Assembly (NCBI GenBank): GCA_963575745.1
Contig: CAUYUJ010000103.1
Location: forward strand, 496,001-560,000
Reading direction: 5' to 3'
DNA from: Prorocentrum cordatum
Taxonomy: Eukaryota
Length of the DNA: 64,000 nt
In this document: positions 38,601 through 48,200 of the stretch, one piece after another
How the letters are laid out: each line of letters starts with the position of its first letter
Position numbering within the stretch: position 1 is the first letter of the stretch
Program-made: the position numbers and the translations under genes
Notes under the pieces: model-generated
Database searches by the model: none
What the model was told of the DNA's origin: nothing
The model's input: the letters and a program-made list of their open reading frames with translations, nothing else

Positions 38601-39442
38601 CCCCGCGGGGCCAGCAGTCTAGCCGCGCCAGCTTCCTGGAGCTATTTGCTGGAGGTGCAAACCTATATGGGGCCTTCCGCGAGGCCTGTTTTCGCATTGC
38701 CTGCCCTCTGGACATTGCAAACGGCAAGCATCATGACCTCGCGCATCCTGGAGTCCGTAACGCTGTCTTGGCTTGGATTACTCAGCGCCGTTTCTGGTGC
38801 ATACATTTTGGCCTTCCGTGTGCCCACTGGGTGCCGGCTGGGGGCAACCGACCTCCACGCCCGGCAGACCTCGCTCTCGTCAGCTTCGCCGTGCGGGTGC
38901 TCAAGCTCTGCAGGAAGCTCAACATCTTCGTTCTCCTCGAGAACCCTGGCCCCAGCCGGGTCTGGCGCTGGGCGCCCCTGGAGAGGGAGCTCCGCTACCA
39001 CAGGCCCGGCAGGGTCGAGTGCGACTCCTGCCGCTTCGGGGCGCCCTTCAAGAAGCCAGGAGCGGTCGCCGGCGCGTTGCCGAACCTGGAGCTGCTGGGC
39101 CGGCGGACTATCTTGGCGGGCGCGTACCTCCCCGAGTGGTGCCGAGAGCTCGCGCGCATCGCCTCGCTCTCCGCCCCGAGGTCCGCCTATGGCCGAGCCA
39201 CGCCCAGAGACCTCGCGACTTGGGATGGCGTCCTGGCAGCCGCGTCGGGCGAGGTCCGCCTCCGTGCCCCCGGCCTCCCGCTCTGCCCGCGGAGGTTCAG
39301 GCCCCCTTGGCGAGCCGCCTGGGCCTCCGCGCTCGACCCGCGCCCCCGCCCCCCGGGCGGCGGGCGGGCCTCGCAGCGCCGCCCCGCCCCCAGGCGGAGG
39401 CCAAGCGCGGGGCCGTCGGGCGCTGGCGGCCGAGCGCCGTAG
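35687..39442 (+). CDS. Pol polyprotein: reverse transcriptase, RNase H and C5 DNA methyltransferase-like domain (about 1251 aa)
   Basis: ATG in GCCATGG context at 35687. RT motifs FFVRKKNGDQRMVLDAR, DLQDGFYQ (36605), LPMGWSW (36776), YVDN (36923). RNase H motifs TDSS, IHSLEAR, SDN, NVAD (about 37390-37995). MTase motifs FLELFAGG (38633), GLPC (38810-38821), ENP (38939), DSCRFG, AGAY. Confidence 0.9.
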   Translation: MATTLDRGCLPVEGSSSRGPPPLFPLPVTDAFYSHPPRGERTALPRYKAQRAAAADRRSARAIETITTLNGMAAACAGREGALRPPQRTGSADIAQESALRRIRRRIAAFGDRPADLDGAGALQELLKSRGVYGGLDASTTVVDFDPSRLDILRKGHFSTPLDDVAPQSVMDVMDNFDTAVARPLSELPEDEPLVQPYWGPQLDPRRRGTRPALVAFLRALALRGLVGARARRKACISAFFVRKKNGDQRMVLDARQANQLQRLPPKTALASGEALAAINLVDATDLGPDDLDIVATGGDLVAGSVDLQDGFYQFRHPAWGSWMRFDIEMDAGELGATQLYDEELGRYIDISLDSRVWPCFEALPMGWSWALWICQEVLIDAMGAVFGDKDSWCLDKGKPPSLLNGGVAHAPYVDNANLISLDAGQLDQRLGAVTGELDKRGLRWHELQHATSSQGIRGLEFDGRHGRLRHTSRRAWRLCLGLHEVLRRPRLARWQVRRLLGHIVHYFSMMRPALSALGECYAYLESGPMEGVSRLPSSVLTELRCAAGLVFLGQVDLRRPPAPVSFTTDSSTLGRAVCEAELFGDEVLGVSRWRERQRFSEVEVSGDPDRDAYLGRAAGLADVSDLYYDELGDASAGRPRRQARARRRRQEMEVGRPPPPLPPELVDPQRWTEAFRGAWRHPGRIHSLEARASVIGLGAAARQANCSGTELQSLSDNLSSVLSFEKGRASNRELLAQCRRAGALQLGTEITWRVRHVPGCVNVADWGGRAADRRELLPGWIRGVGFRACPPAPSRCAPVARPSGSPPGPGPEEPGPPIASVAFATRPSPSRVSEPPGLGGKHIGCTGQWSEDLAQGIILSTTPAESVLPSCPSPPPSCSTSSRPRTGYCSQIGSSRSSSGYWPHIGSPTASAHQRPQAGPPASSASWASRDRPPTSSSSQGPQAGSSSSSAPPRARSGPRKWCSSGSSSTAPRGQQSSRASFLELFAGGANLYGAFREACFRIACPLDIANGKHHDLAHPGVRNAVLAWITQRRFWCIHFGLPCAHWVPAGGNRPPRPADLALVSFAVRVLKLCRKLNIFVLLENPGPSRVWRWAPLERELRYHRPGRVECDSCRFGAPFKKPGAVAGALPNLELLGRRTILAGAYLPEWCRELARIASLSAPRSAYGRATPRDLATWDGVLAAASGEVRLRAPGLPLCPRRFRPPWRAAWASALDPRPRPPGGGRASQRRPAPRRRPSAGPSGAGGRAP

Positions 39443-40466
39443 GCGGGCGGCAGCGGCGGTGGATCGCGCCGAGCAACAGCGGCGAGCTCGCCGAGTGCCT
39501 CCTGGTGATTTCCTGCGTACGGCTTCGTTGCGGCCAGCGACCCTGACAAAGTATCAGCAGGCGGTCGCCGACTTCGAGGCCTGGGCTCGTCGCCAGCGTC
39601 TTCTCTTTGACAATCCAAAGAATGCCGACACGTCAATGAACTTGTACATTGAGCACCTTTTCTTTTCTGGATCTCCCCAGTACATGGCTCGCAATGCACT
39701 TTACGGTCTTGTTCGACTCCGAGGATGGGCTGTGGCCAAGCCTCACTTTGTGCGATCCAAAGATGCCCTGGCGGGCTGGTCTGCCAAGCTACCACGGCAT
39801 CCCAGGATGCCAGCCCCCTTCGACGCCGTCGTTGCCTGCATGGGGGCCCTCTCGGAGCGCTCCACGTTGGGGGCCCTCGCCGCCGTGGCCATGATAGTCC
39901 AGTTTGACCTGTACCTGCGGCCCAGCGAGGTGCTCTCCATCACCGCAGGCGACGTCCACGGCAGCGCGGGGGGCCAGGTCTCCGTCATCATCGCGCCTCT
40001 CACAGGCGGAGTGCCGTCCAAGACGAACGAGTTTGACCGCACTGTCGTTGCTGGCACGCCTGTCCCCCTTAGACGCCAGGTACCGGCTGCGCTACTCGCC
40101 CTCCGCAAAGGCCGAGCAGACGCGGCCAAGCTTCTTGCTCCTCTGAATCTCAGTGCATACGAGAGGCTCGTGCGGGGCGTAGCCTCCAACATAGGTCTGT
40201 GCCACGTCTTCTCCGTGCCTCATCAGCTTCGGCACGGAGGCCCCTCGCATGACGCTCTGGAGCATTTGCGTAGCCTGGATCAGATCCAACAGCGGGGGAG
40301 ATGGCGCGCACGAGAGTCCGTGCGCATCTATGAGAAGCACGGCTCACTCTTGCGTCAGCGTGCCGCCGTGCCTGCCGCCGTCCGTCAACGGGCCGCCCGT
40401 TTCTCGGCGGCGGATCTTCGCCACCTCGTCTCTCGCGTTGCCAGTTCGAGTCGGGTGCCAAGCTAA
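39189..40466 (+). CDS. Tyrosine recombinase (about 425 aa), overlapping the 3' end of pol in another frame
   Basis: Catalytic set present: R in YLRPSE (39918), K in SKT (40020), HQLR (40221-40232), W in RGRW (40302), Y in RIYEKH (40329). Start uncertain (ATG 39189 or 39225). Confidence 0.92.
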   Translation: MAEPRPETSRLGMASWQPRRARSASVPPASRSARGGSGPLGEPPGPPRSTRAPAPRAAGGPRSAAPPPGGGQARGRRALAAERRRRAAAAVDRAEQQRRARRVPPGDFLRTASLRPATLTKYQQAVADFEAWARRQRLLFDNPKNADTSMNLYIEHLFFSGSPQYMARNALYGLVRLRGWAVAKPHFVRSKDALAGWSAKLPRHPRMPAPFDAVVACMGALSERSTLGALAAVAMIVQFDLYLRPSEVLSITAGDVHGSAGGQVSVIIAPLTGGVPSKTNEFDRTVVAGTPVPLRRQVPAALLALRKGRADAAKLLAPLNLSAYERLVRGVASNIGLCHVFSVPHQLRHGGPSHDALEHLRSLDQIQQRGRWRARESVRIYEKHGSLLRQRAAVPAAVRQRAARFSAADLRHLVSRVASSSRVPS

Positions 40467-40529
40467 TATTATCTTTTTCTTTTCTTCCCAACCCGCCCAC
40501 CCAATGACAACTGAATTGGGGGTGGGAGC

Positions 40530-40714
40530 CAATGCTACGCAGTCTGTTCTGGTGATTTGATCCGGGCCCGGGTCCTTTTCCCATCGCTGCCAAGCAAGCT
40601 CAGCATTATATAATCTCAAGTGCACCTCGTCCTGAGCAAGGACGCGTCCTCGTGAAAAAGTGGATCGTCCGTCTCATGTATGTTCGAATGGTGGCCGCGC
40701 CTAGCTTGAGGAAT
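40530..40714 (+). repeat. Split direct repeat B1 (185 bp)
   Basis: CAATGCTACGCAGTC...CTAGCTTGAGGAAT; one C/T mismatch to B2; overlaps A2 by AAT. Confidence 0.95.
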
Positions 40715-40847
40715 GATTATCTTTGGATGCAGTTTTCCTCCGCGTCGAGCGGCCAAGCGAGAGGGGCTTTTCCCCTTCCGTCTTCTCTTCTGCTCTGCTC
40801 TCCTGCTGCTGCTCTCCCCTCTCGCGGCCATTCTGGTTTCAAGGCTT
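40712..40847 (+). repeat. Split direct repeat A2
   Basis: Copy of 33921-34056. Confidence 0.95.
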
Positions 40848-40871
40848 CCCTCCCTACCCACCCTGGGGAGT

Positions 40872-41056
40872 CAATGCTACGCAGTCTGTTCTGGTGATTT
40901 GATCCGGGCCCGGGTCCTTTTCCCATCGCTGCCAAGCAAGCTTAGCATTATATAATCTCAAGTGCACCTCGTCCTGAGCAAGGACGCGTCCTCGTGAAAA
41001 AGTGGATCGTCCGTCTCATGTATGTTCGAATGGTGGCCGCGCCTAGCTTGAGGAAT
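40872..41056 (+). repeat. Split direct repeat B2 (element 3' end)
   Basis: Copy of 40530-40714, separated from A2 by a 24-bp spacer. Confidence 0.95.
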
Positions 41057-42278
41057 TTGTGTCCATTTATTTGTGTGCCCCAGGGCCCCTTCAGTGTGGC
41101 GAGTCGGTCTCGGGTCGCTCTCCGACAGCATCTTCGGGGCGGGGCGCACCCGCTCCCGCGCCCCAGTTCGGGTTCGCCCAGGAACGGAGGGCCCCCGAAC
41201 GGTGCGGTGACCACACCGTGTGGTGAGTCGGTGCCCGTCCGTGCACCAGCGCGCCGAACCAGATGATACCATTTGGGTACACTTTCATGTCAGCCCTATC
41301 CTCTTCCCTCCTCTCCTCCCGCCTCCCTGGTCGCGTCTATTGGTATTTTTTCGCGTGCTGGTGCCTGAGAGTGCTGGTGCCGAGTCAGTGGAGATTCGGG
41401 GTGGCCGCACGGTTTTGGGACTCGGGTCGTTCTCCGGGGTCGCCTTGGGCGACCGGCCTCGGAGGTCCCAACATCGTGCGGTGGCGGACCGTGGGGTGAG
41501 ATCGTTGGGTGTTCCCAGGTCACCGCGCGGTCCGTCTCCATGCCGTCCTGGGGTCCCCAAGGAAGCCCGGTCGAGACAACGGCGGCCCTTTTCTCGGGGA
41601 CCGAGTGCTCCTGATCATGATGCCAGCTCCAGGACTGCCCAGGTGCGGGATCAAGGAAGGAGGGCCGCTAGATGCTCCAGAGCTCCTGGAACGCATCCAG
41701 AGCCAATCGCATCATGACTTCATGCTCGTCGGGCTACTGCCAGGAGGGGAACAAACACACAGACACGATTAATCGCCGATTCCCCAGAAAATATGGGAAA
41801 ATATGGGAAGTGGCGGGGAAGACAAAAAACCCAGAAAATATGGGAAAGTATAGGTAATCCTATTATTTGTGTGCATTTTTTTGCGTGTCCTGGGGCCCCT
41901 TCATACCGACGTGCTTCGTCCCTCCGGAGTCTCCCGGAGACTTCTCGGCGCAGACGGATCCGGATGGACCTTGGGAGGCGACCCTGGGAGGTGTCCGGAG
42001 GCCGCAGGGCTTGACCCAAACGGTGGTTCTGGCGATTTCGGGAACCGTGCTCGTTTTGGCTTCGTTTTGCAGCGAAGGCGAAACGCAGACAGAGCGAGGG
42101 AGAACGAAGACGCAGCGAGGGATTTTGTCGAGCCCTGGTCTGGAGGCCGATCTCGAGCTTGTCTGGCCCACGAGGGGCGTCCAAGAGGGGGGTGCTCCGA
42201 GCCGGGCCGGCCGAGGCCGCGGCCCGTCTTCAGGAGAGCAGGAAGCCATGATAGAGTTAAGTCGGGCGTGTCCCTCTA

Positions 42279-42443
42279 CACTCCAGGCGATGCTTAAGAA
42301 AACCCAAGTTTTCGGCCAGAGTCTCGATTATTCTTAATGTGTCAATGTAAATCCTAACATTTGAATAGACATTCTGGGTTTGATTTCAAATTCTGAGACT
42401 ATGAATTTCTTAACCCATGATTTCTAAAGCATTTCGCAGGGTG
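42279..42443. mobile_element. AT-rich MITE with TA duplication (Tc1/mariner-type) inside the family 1 TIR
   Basis: Imperfect TIR CACTCCAGGCGATGCTTAAGAAA / TTTCTAAAGCATTTCGCAGGGTG. It splits the host motif CTCTACAGG at TA (42277-42278 and 42444-42445). Confidence 0.7.
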
Positions 42444-42511
42444 TACAGGAGAAATATTCAAGCATGGTCAAAGAATAGTCTGGGGACTATCTCGTTTCGT
42501 ATTTTGTGGCA

Positions 42512-43535
42512 TTTTTTCCCGGAAAGGGCGTGGGCCCAGGGTTCTCTTTTAGTATGTAAACATGTCCCCGGTGCCCAACTTGAAGGAGGCCGGCGAATTT
42601 TTTCCCTGATAAATATCGAGGTCGAAGGAGGCCGGCGAATTAAAATTTGAGGATGTCTCAGGCGAAACGCTTGTTTTTGAAATCCCGATCGATAAATCAC
42701 AGGGTGCGGGCCACTTTTTCGTGCGTTGAGGATGTCTCGAGCGAAACGCTTGCTCCGCAGAGTTTGCCGAGGATGTCTCGAGCGAAACGCTTGTTTTGTT
42801 ACGTATGTGCCTATTCGCCCACCCCAGCACGACCACGCCCCAGCACGACCACACCCCAGCACGACCACACCCCAGCACGACCACACCCCAGCACGACCCC
42901 ACCCCAGCACGACCCCACCCTAGCACGACCACACCCCAGCACGACCACACCCCAGAACGACCACACCCCAGCACGACCCCACCCCAGCACGACCCCACCC
43001 CAGCACGACCACACCCCAGCACGACCACACCCCAGCACGACCCGACCCCAGCACGACCCTACCCCAGCAAGACCACACCCCAGCACGACCACACCCCAGC
43101 ACGACCTCACCACAGCACGACCACACCCCAGCACGACCACGCCCCAGCACGACCACGCCCCAGCACGACCACGCCCCAGCACGACCACCCCCCAGCACGA
43201 CCACCCCCCCAGCACGACCACCCCCCAGCACGACCACCCCCCAGCACGACCACACCCCAGCACGACCACTCCCCAGCACGACCACACCGCCTTGGTTGAG
43301 TGGTTGCCTGTCGTCGTGGAATGTTTCGTGGGGTGTCTCGTGGAATGTTTCGCGGGGTGTCTCGTGGAATGTTTCGTGAGGTGTCTCGTGGAATGTTTCG
43401 TGAGGTGTCTCGTGGGATGTTTCGTGAAGTGTCTCGTGGGATGTTTCGTGAGGTGTTGCCCAGTTGGGTATCGTGAAAACGTGTCCATGCTCCACATGTC
43501 TATATCCCTTTCCGGGTTCGTGGGTCCATCATGTT
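42512..43535 (+). mobile_element. Helentron-associated (HINE/DINE-like) element copy 1, carrying 16-bp and 24-bp minisatellites
   Basis: 5' CCCGGAAAGGG (42518) and subterminal inverse CCCTTTCCGGG (43506); ends in T runs with no TSD. Contains (CCCCAGCACGACCACA)n at about 42820-43290 and (CTCGTGGAATGTTTCGTGAGGTGT)n at about 43313-43455. Confidence 0.65.
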
Positions 43536-43561
43536 TTTAAGCATTTTGGGGGTATTTGGAA

Positions 43562-45094
43562 TTTTTCCCGGAAAGGGCCTGAGCCCAGGGTTCTCTTTTA
43601 GTTGGTTTCCCCCCGGTTTTGACGGCTGTAGGGCCGGCGAATTTCTTTTGCGATAAATAACGAGGTCGCGTAGGGCCGGCGAATTAAAAATTGAGGATGT
43701 CCCTAGCGAAACGCTTGTTTTTCAGAATTTGTTGAGGATGTCTCGAGCGAAACGCTTGTTTTGTGTTATAGATTGTCCTCTCCTGGGGACCTGAATTCTG
43801 AGGATCTCTCAAGTGGATTGCTTGTTTTCACGTGCCCAGGTCTTGAGGATGTCTCGAGCGAGACGCTTGGTTTCACGCCTCCAGGTGGCCCAGACAGATG
43901 TCTAGCATGAGGATTTGTTGAGGATGTCTCGAACCAGAGGCTTGTTTTCACGTGTCCAGGTCGCCCAGGCGGATGTCTAGCATGAGCATGTGTTGAGGAT
44001 GTCTCGAACGAGACGCTTGTTTGCACGTGTCCAGGTTGCCCAGGCGGATGTCTAGCATGAGGATGTGCTGACAACGTCTTGAGCGAAACGCGTGTTTTCA
44101 CGTGTCCAGGTCGCCCAGGCACAGCACAGCCCTCGGCACGGTACATCAATATCGATACCCTTAGCATTGCAGCCTGGCATGTTGCCTGGCACGTTCCGCG
44201 GAGCGTCCCGTGGCGAGTCCCCCTTGCACGTCGCGCGGTGCACGTCATTGGCACGTTCCGTAGCGCGTCCCCTTGGCACGTCCCGCGGTGCGTGCCCATG
44301 GCACGTCCCCTGGCACGTCGCCTGGCGCGTCCCTTGGGACGTTCCGCGGCGCGTCCTCTTGGCATGTTCCCTCTGTCGATTAGTTCTGGGGCAGCTACCA
44401 TCTGCTCAGGCAGCTCGAGCTTACGATCCAGATCAGTTCGGTGAGGACTCGGATGCCAGGGAGGACTCGATCCACAACGCTATATAGAGCACAATCGCGG
44501 CATGGCACATCGCAGTTCAGCACGGCCCAGCACAGCACAGCCGTCGGCACGGTACATCAAGATCGATACACTCAATTATGCACCTGGGCACGTTCCTTGG
44601 CGCGTTCCGTGGCGAGTCCACCTGGCACGTCGCGCGGCGCGTCCCCTGTCACGTCCCTCGGCACGTCCATTGGCACGTTCCGTAGCGCGTCCCCTTGGCA
44701 CGTCCCGCGGTGCGTGCCCATGGCACGTCCCCTGGCACGTCGCCTGGCGCGTCCCTTGGGACGTTCCGCGGCGCGTCCTCCTGGCATGTTCCCTCTGTCG
44801 ATTAGTTCTGGGGCAGCTACCATCTGCTCAGGCAGCTCGAGCTTACGCTCCAGATCAGTTCGGTGAGGACTCGGATTCCAGGGAGGACTCGATCCACAAC
44901 GCTATATATAGAGCACAATCGCGGCATGGCACATCGCAGTTCAGCACGGCGTAGCACAGCACAGCCCTCGGCACAGTACATCATCATCGATACATTCAGC
45001 ATTGCATGTGCCCGTCGCCCAATCAGGTGTCTTTGAAATGTTGCAATGCCTTACATTTCTATATTCCTTTCCGGGTTCGTGGGTCGATCATGTT
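43562..45094 (+). mobile_element. HINE-like element copy 2, carrying an approximately 420-bp satellite
   Basis: Same ends (43567; 45065); about 2 units of a GGCACGTCC-rich repeat at 44120-45000. Confidence 0.65.
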
Positions 45095-45201
45095 CGCCCA
45101 AGAGCCCCTTGCAGGGGGACAGGCCCGACTTAATGATGGAGGTGCGGTCCAGGAGTGCCGCGGTGGCTGCGCGTGCGTCCTCTCACCGGCGTTGCTCGTC
45201 C

Positions 45202-48200
45202 TTTTTTCCCGGAAAGGGCTCGAGCCCAGGGTTCTCTTTTAGAGGTTTACCCCCGGATCTGACGGCTGATGGGCCGGCGAAATTATTCTGCGATAAATTC
45301 TAGACGCTTCGCGTATCCCCACCAGCCGCCTGACCGCGGCCCCGCGCGCGCCCGCCCCCCTAGTCGCGGCCGCAGCCCGACCGTGACCGCCTGCCGCTGG
45401 CGCTTCCGCCTGCGGCTGGAAGAAAAAAAAAGTATCCCCACCAGACGCCCTGGGTTGCTGCTTGCACCGCCGCCTGATCCGCGGCCCCCGCGCGCGCCCG
45501 GATAATTCGTCACGGCCGCAGCCCGACCGTGACCCCTCGCCGCCGGCGCTTCCGCCTGCGGCTGTAAAAAAAAAAAAGTATCCCCACCAGCCCGTCCAGA
45601 AACGACGCCCAGGCGAGTAGAGGGTCGTCCTGAGGGGCTTTTCGGCGTCTTGGGTGCCTCGGGGGGGCCTCTTTGGGCCGTTTGGGATCCTCTTGGGGGC
45701 CTCCTGGGGGCCTCTTGGGGCCATCTTGGGGCCATCTTGGGGCCTCTTGGTGCCTCCTGGGCGCTTCTTGGGGCCATCTTGGAGGAAATCGATCAAAGAA
45801 GAGGGGAGCTTCAATTAGTGCTGCCCCCTCTGGGGGCCAAAATGGGGCCAAAACCTTAGTAAAATCAATGATTTTGGCTTCCTCGGCGAGGCCGTTTTGG
45901 ACGCTCTGACCGCTCCCCGCCCCCCCTGTCCAGGTCAGTGGGGAGGGGGTAGGGGGAGGGGTAAACCCCTCCCCGAAGGGGAAGAAGGAGGGGTGGAAGA
46001 GGAAACGCTCTAAACCACCGACGCCCAGAGGGCTGGTGGGATTACGTGCGGGAGTAGGGCCGGCGGAATTATTTTTGAGGATGTCCCTAGCGAAACGCTT
46101 GTTTTTCAGACTTTGTTGAGGATGTCTTGAGCGAAACGCTGGTTTTGCAGAGATGGGGATGTCTCGAGCGAAACGCTTGTTTTCAGAATTTGTTGAGGAT
46201 GTCTCGAGCGAGGCGCTGGTTTTGCAGAGCCGACCGCGACGCGGAAAAGCGCCACGCGCGCAGGAATTCCGAGGATGTCTCGCGCGTGCCGCGTCCTGCG
46301 CGCAGGAATTTTGATTTCTTGGGGGTTTGACAGGATTTCTCGAGCGAAACGCTTGTTTTTCATAATTTGTTGAGGATGTCTCGAGCGAAACGGTGGTTTT
46401 GCAAAATTGGGGGATGTCTCGAGCGGGGGCCTCGTGGGGGGCCAGAATTCAGAGGATGTCTCAGGCGAAATGCTTGTTTTCGTGTCCCGCTCGCAGGAAT
46501 TCCGAGGATGTCTCGCGCGTGCCGCGTCCCGCGCGTAGGAATTCGGATGATTTTGATAGGATGTCTCGAGCGAAACGCTTGTCCCCAGCACGTTCAGTAG
46601 CGCGTCCCCTTGGCACGTCCCGCGGTGCGACCCCATGGCACGTCCCCTGGCACGTCGCCTGGCGCATCCCTTGGGACGTTTCGCGGCGCGTCCTCCTGGC
46701 ATGTTCCCCTTGTCAATTAGCTCTGGGGCAGCTACTATGTGTTCAGGCAGCTCGAGCTTAAGATCCAGATCAGTTCGGTCAGGACTCGGATGCAAAGGAG
46801 GACTCGATCCACGACGCTATCTAGAGCACAACCGCGGCATGGCACATCGCAATTCAGCACGGTGCAGCACAGCACAGCCCTCGGCAGGGTACATCAAGAT
46901 CGATACACTCAGCATTGCAACTTGGCACGTTCCTTGGCACGTTCCGTGGGGCGTCCCTTGGCGAGTCCCCCTGGCACGTCGCGTGGCGCGTCCCCTGGCA
47001 CATTCCGTGGCACATCCATTGGCACGTTCCGTAGCGCGTCCCCTTGGCACGTCCTACGGTGCGACCCCATGGCACGTCCCCTGGCACGTCGCCTGGCGCG
47101 TCCCTTGGGACGTTCCGCGGCGCGTCCTCCTGGCATGTCCCCCTGTCAATTAGCTCTGGGGCAGCTACTATGTGTTCAGGCAGCTCGAGCTTAAGATCCA
47201 GATCAGTTCGGTCAGGACTCGGATGCAAAGAGGACTCGATCCACAACGCTATCTAGAGCACAATCGCGGCATGGCACATCGCAGTTCAGCACGGCGCAGC
47301 ACAGCACAGATTTCGGCATGGTACATCAAGATCGATACACTCAGCATTGCACTTGGCACGTTCCGTGGGGCGTCCCTTGGCGAGTCCCCCTGGCACGTCG
47401 CGTGGCGCGTCCCCTGGCACGTCCCGCGGCACGTCCATTGGCACGTTCCGTAGCGCGTCTCCTTGGCACGTCCCGCGGTGCGTGCCCATGGCACGTCCCC
47501 TGGCACGTCGCTTGGCGTGTCCTTTGGGACGTTTCCGCGGCGCGTCCTCCTGGCATGTCCCCCTGTCGATTAGTTCTGGGGCAGCTACTATGTGTTCAGG
47601 CAGCTCGAGCTTAAGATCCAGATCAGTTCGGTCAGGACTCGGATGCAAAGAGGACTCGATCCACAACGCTATCTAGAGCACAATCGCGGCATGGCACATC
47701 GCAGATTCAGCACGGCGCAGCACAGCACAGATTTCGGCATGGTACATCAAGATCGATACACTCAGCATTGCAACCTGGCACGTTTCCTGGGGCGTCCCTT
47801 GGCGAGTCCCCCTGGCACGTCGCGTGGCGCGTCCCCTGGCAAGTCCCGCGGCACGTCCATTGGCACGTTCCGTAGCGCGTCCGCTTGGCACGTCACGTGG
47901 TGCGTGCCCATGGCACGTCCCCTGGCACGTCGCTTGGCGCGTCCCTTGGGACGTTCCGCGGCGCGTCCTCCTGGCATGTCCCCTCTGTCGATTGGTTCTG
48001 GGGCAGCTACCATCTGCCCAGTCAGCTCGAGCTTAAGATCCAGATCAATGCGGTCAGGACTCGGATGTTAAGGAAGACTCGATCCACGACGCTATGTAGA
48101 GCACAATCGCGGTATGGAACATCGCAGTTCAGCACGGTGCAGCACAGCACAGCCCCTGGCACAGTACATTAAGATCGATACAACAGTTGCCATGCCTTAC

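Larger units (their letters stand above)
33921..41056 (+). mobile_element. Full-length tyrosine-recombinase retrotransposon (DIRS order, PAT/Ngaro-like split direct repeats) carrying a cytosine methyltransferase-like domain
   Basis: A1 (33921-34056) matches A2 (40712-40847); B1 (40530-40714) matches B2 (40872-41056). Between them lie gag-like, RT, RNase H, MTase-like and YR coding regions. Both ends and the B1/A2 junction share AAT. Confidence 0.95.
42257..45133. mobile_element. MITE family 1 copy expanded to 2.9 kb by three nested insertions
   Basis: TTAAGTCGGGCGTGTCCC at 42257 and GGGACAGGCCCGACTTAA ending at 45133; TSD TGATAGAG / TGATGGAG (7/8). Confidence 0.75.

Noticed and set aside
37977..39188. 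N-terminal 400 aa of the 829-aa YR track ORF
   Set aside because: Off-frame shadow of pol and the MTase; recombinase-like sequence starts only near 39400.
33932..39442. 1836-aa ORF as one real protein from a TTG start
   Set aside because: The start lies inside repeat A1, and residues over 34755-35686 are R/G/P-rich off-frame translation of gag. It is better explained as gag N-part, frameshift and pol.
38633..40466. Bacterial prophage integrase with a restriction-modification methylase (contamination)
   Set aside because: The MTase is fused to a DIRS-type RT-RNase H and the unit is embedded in a eukaryotic repeat with matching junctions.
33921..41056. LTR retrotransposon or DIRS1-type inverted-repeat element
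   Set aside because: No DDE integrase or protease motifs, no TG..CA LTR pair, and no inverted termini with an internal complementary region; the repeats are split and direct.
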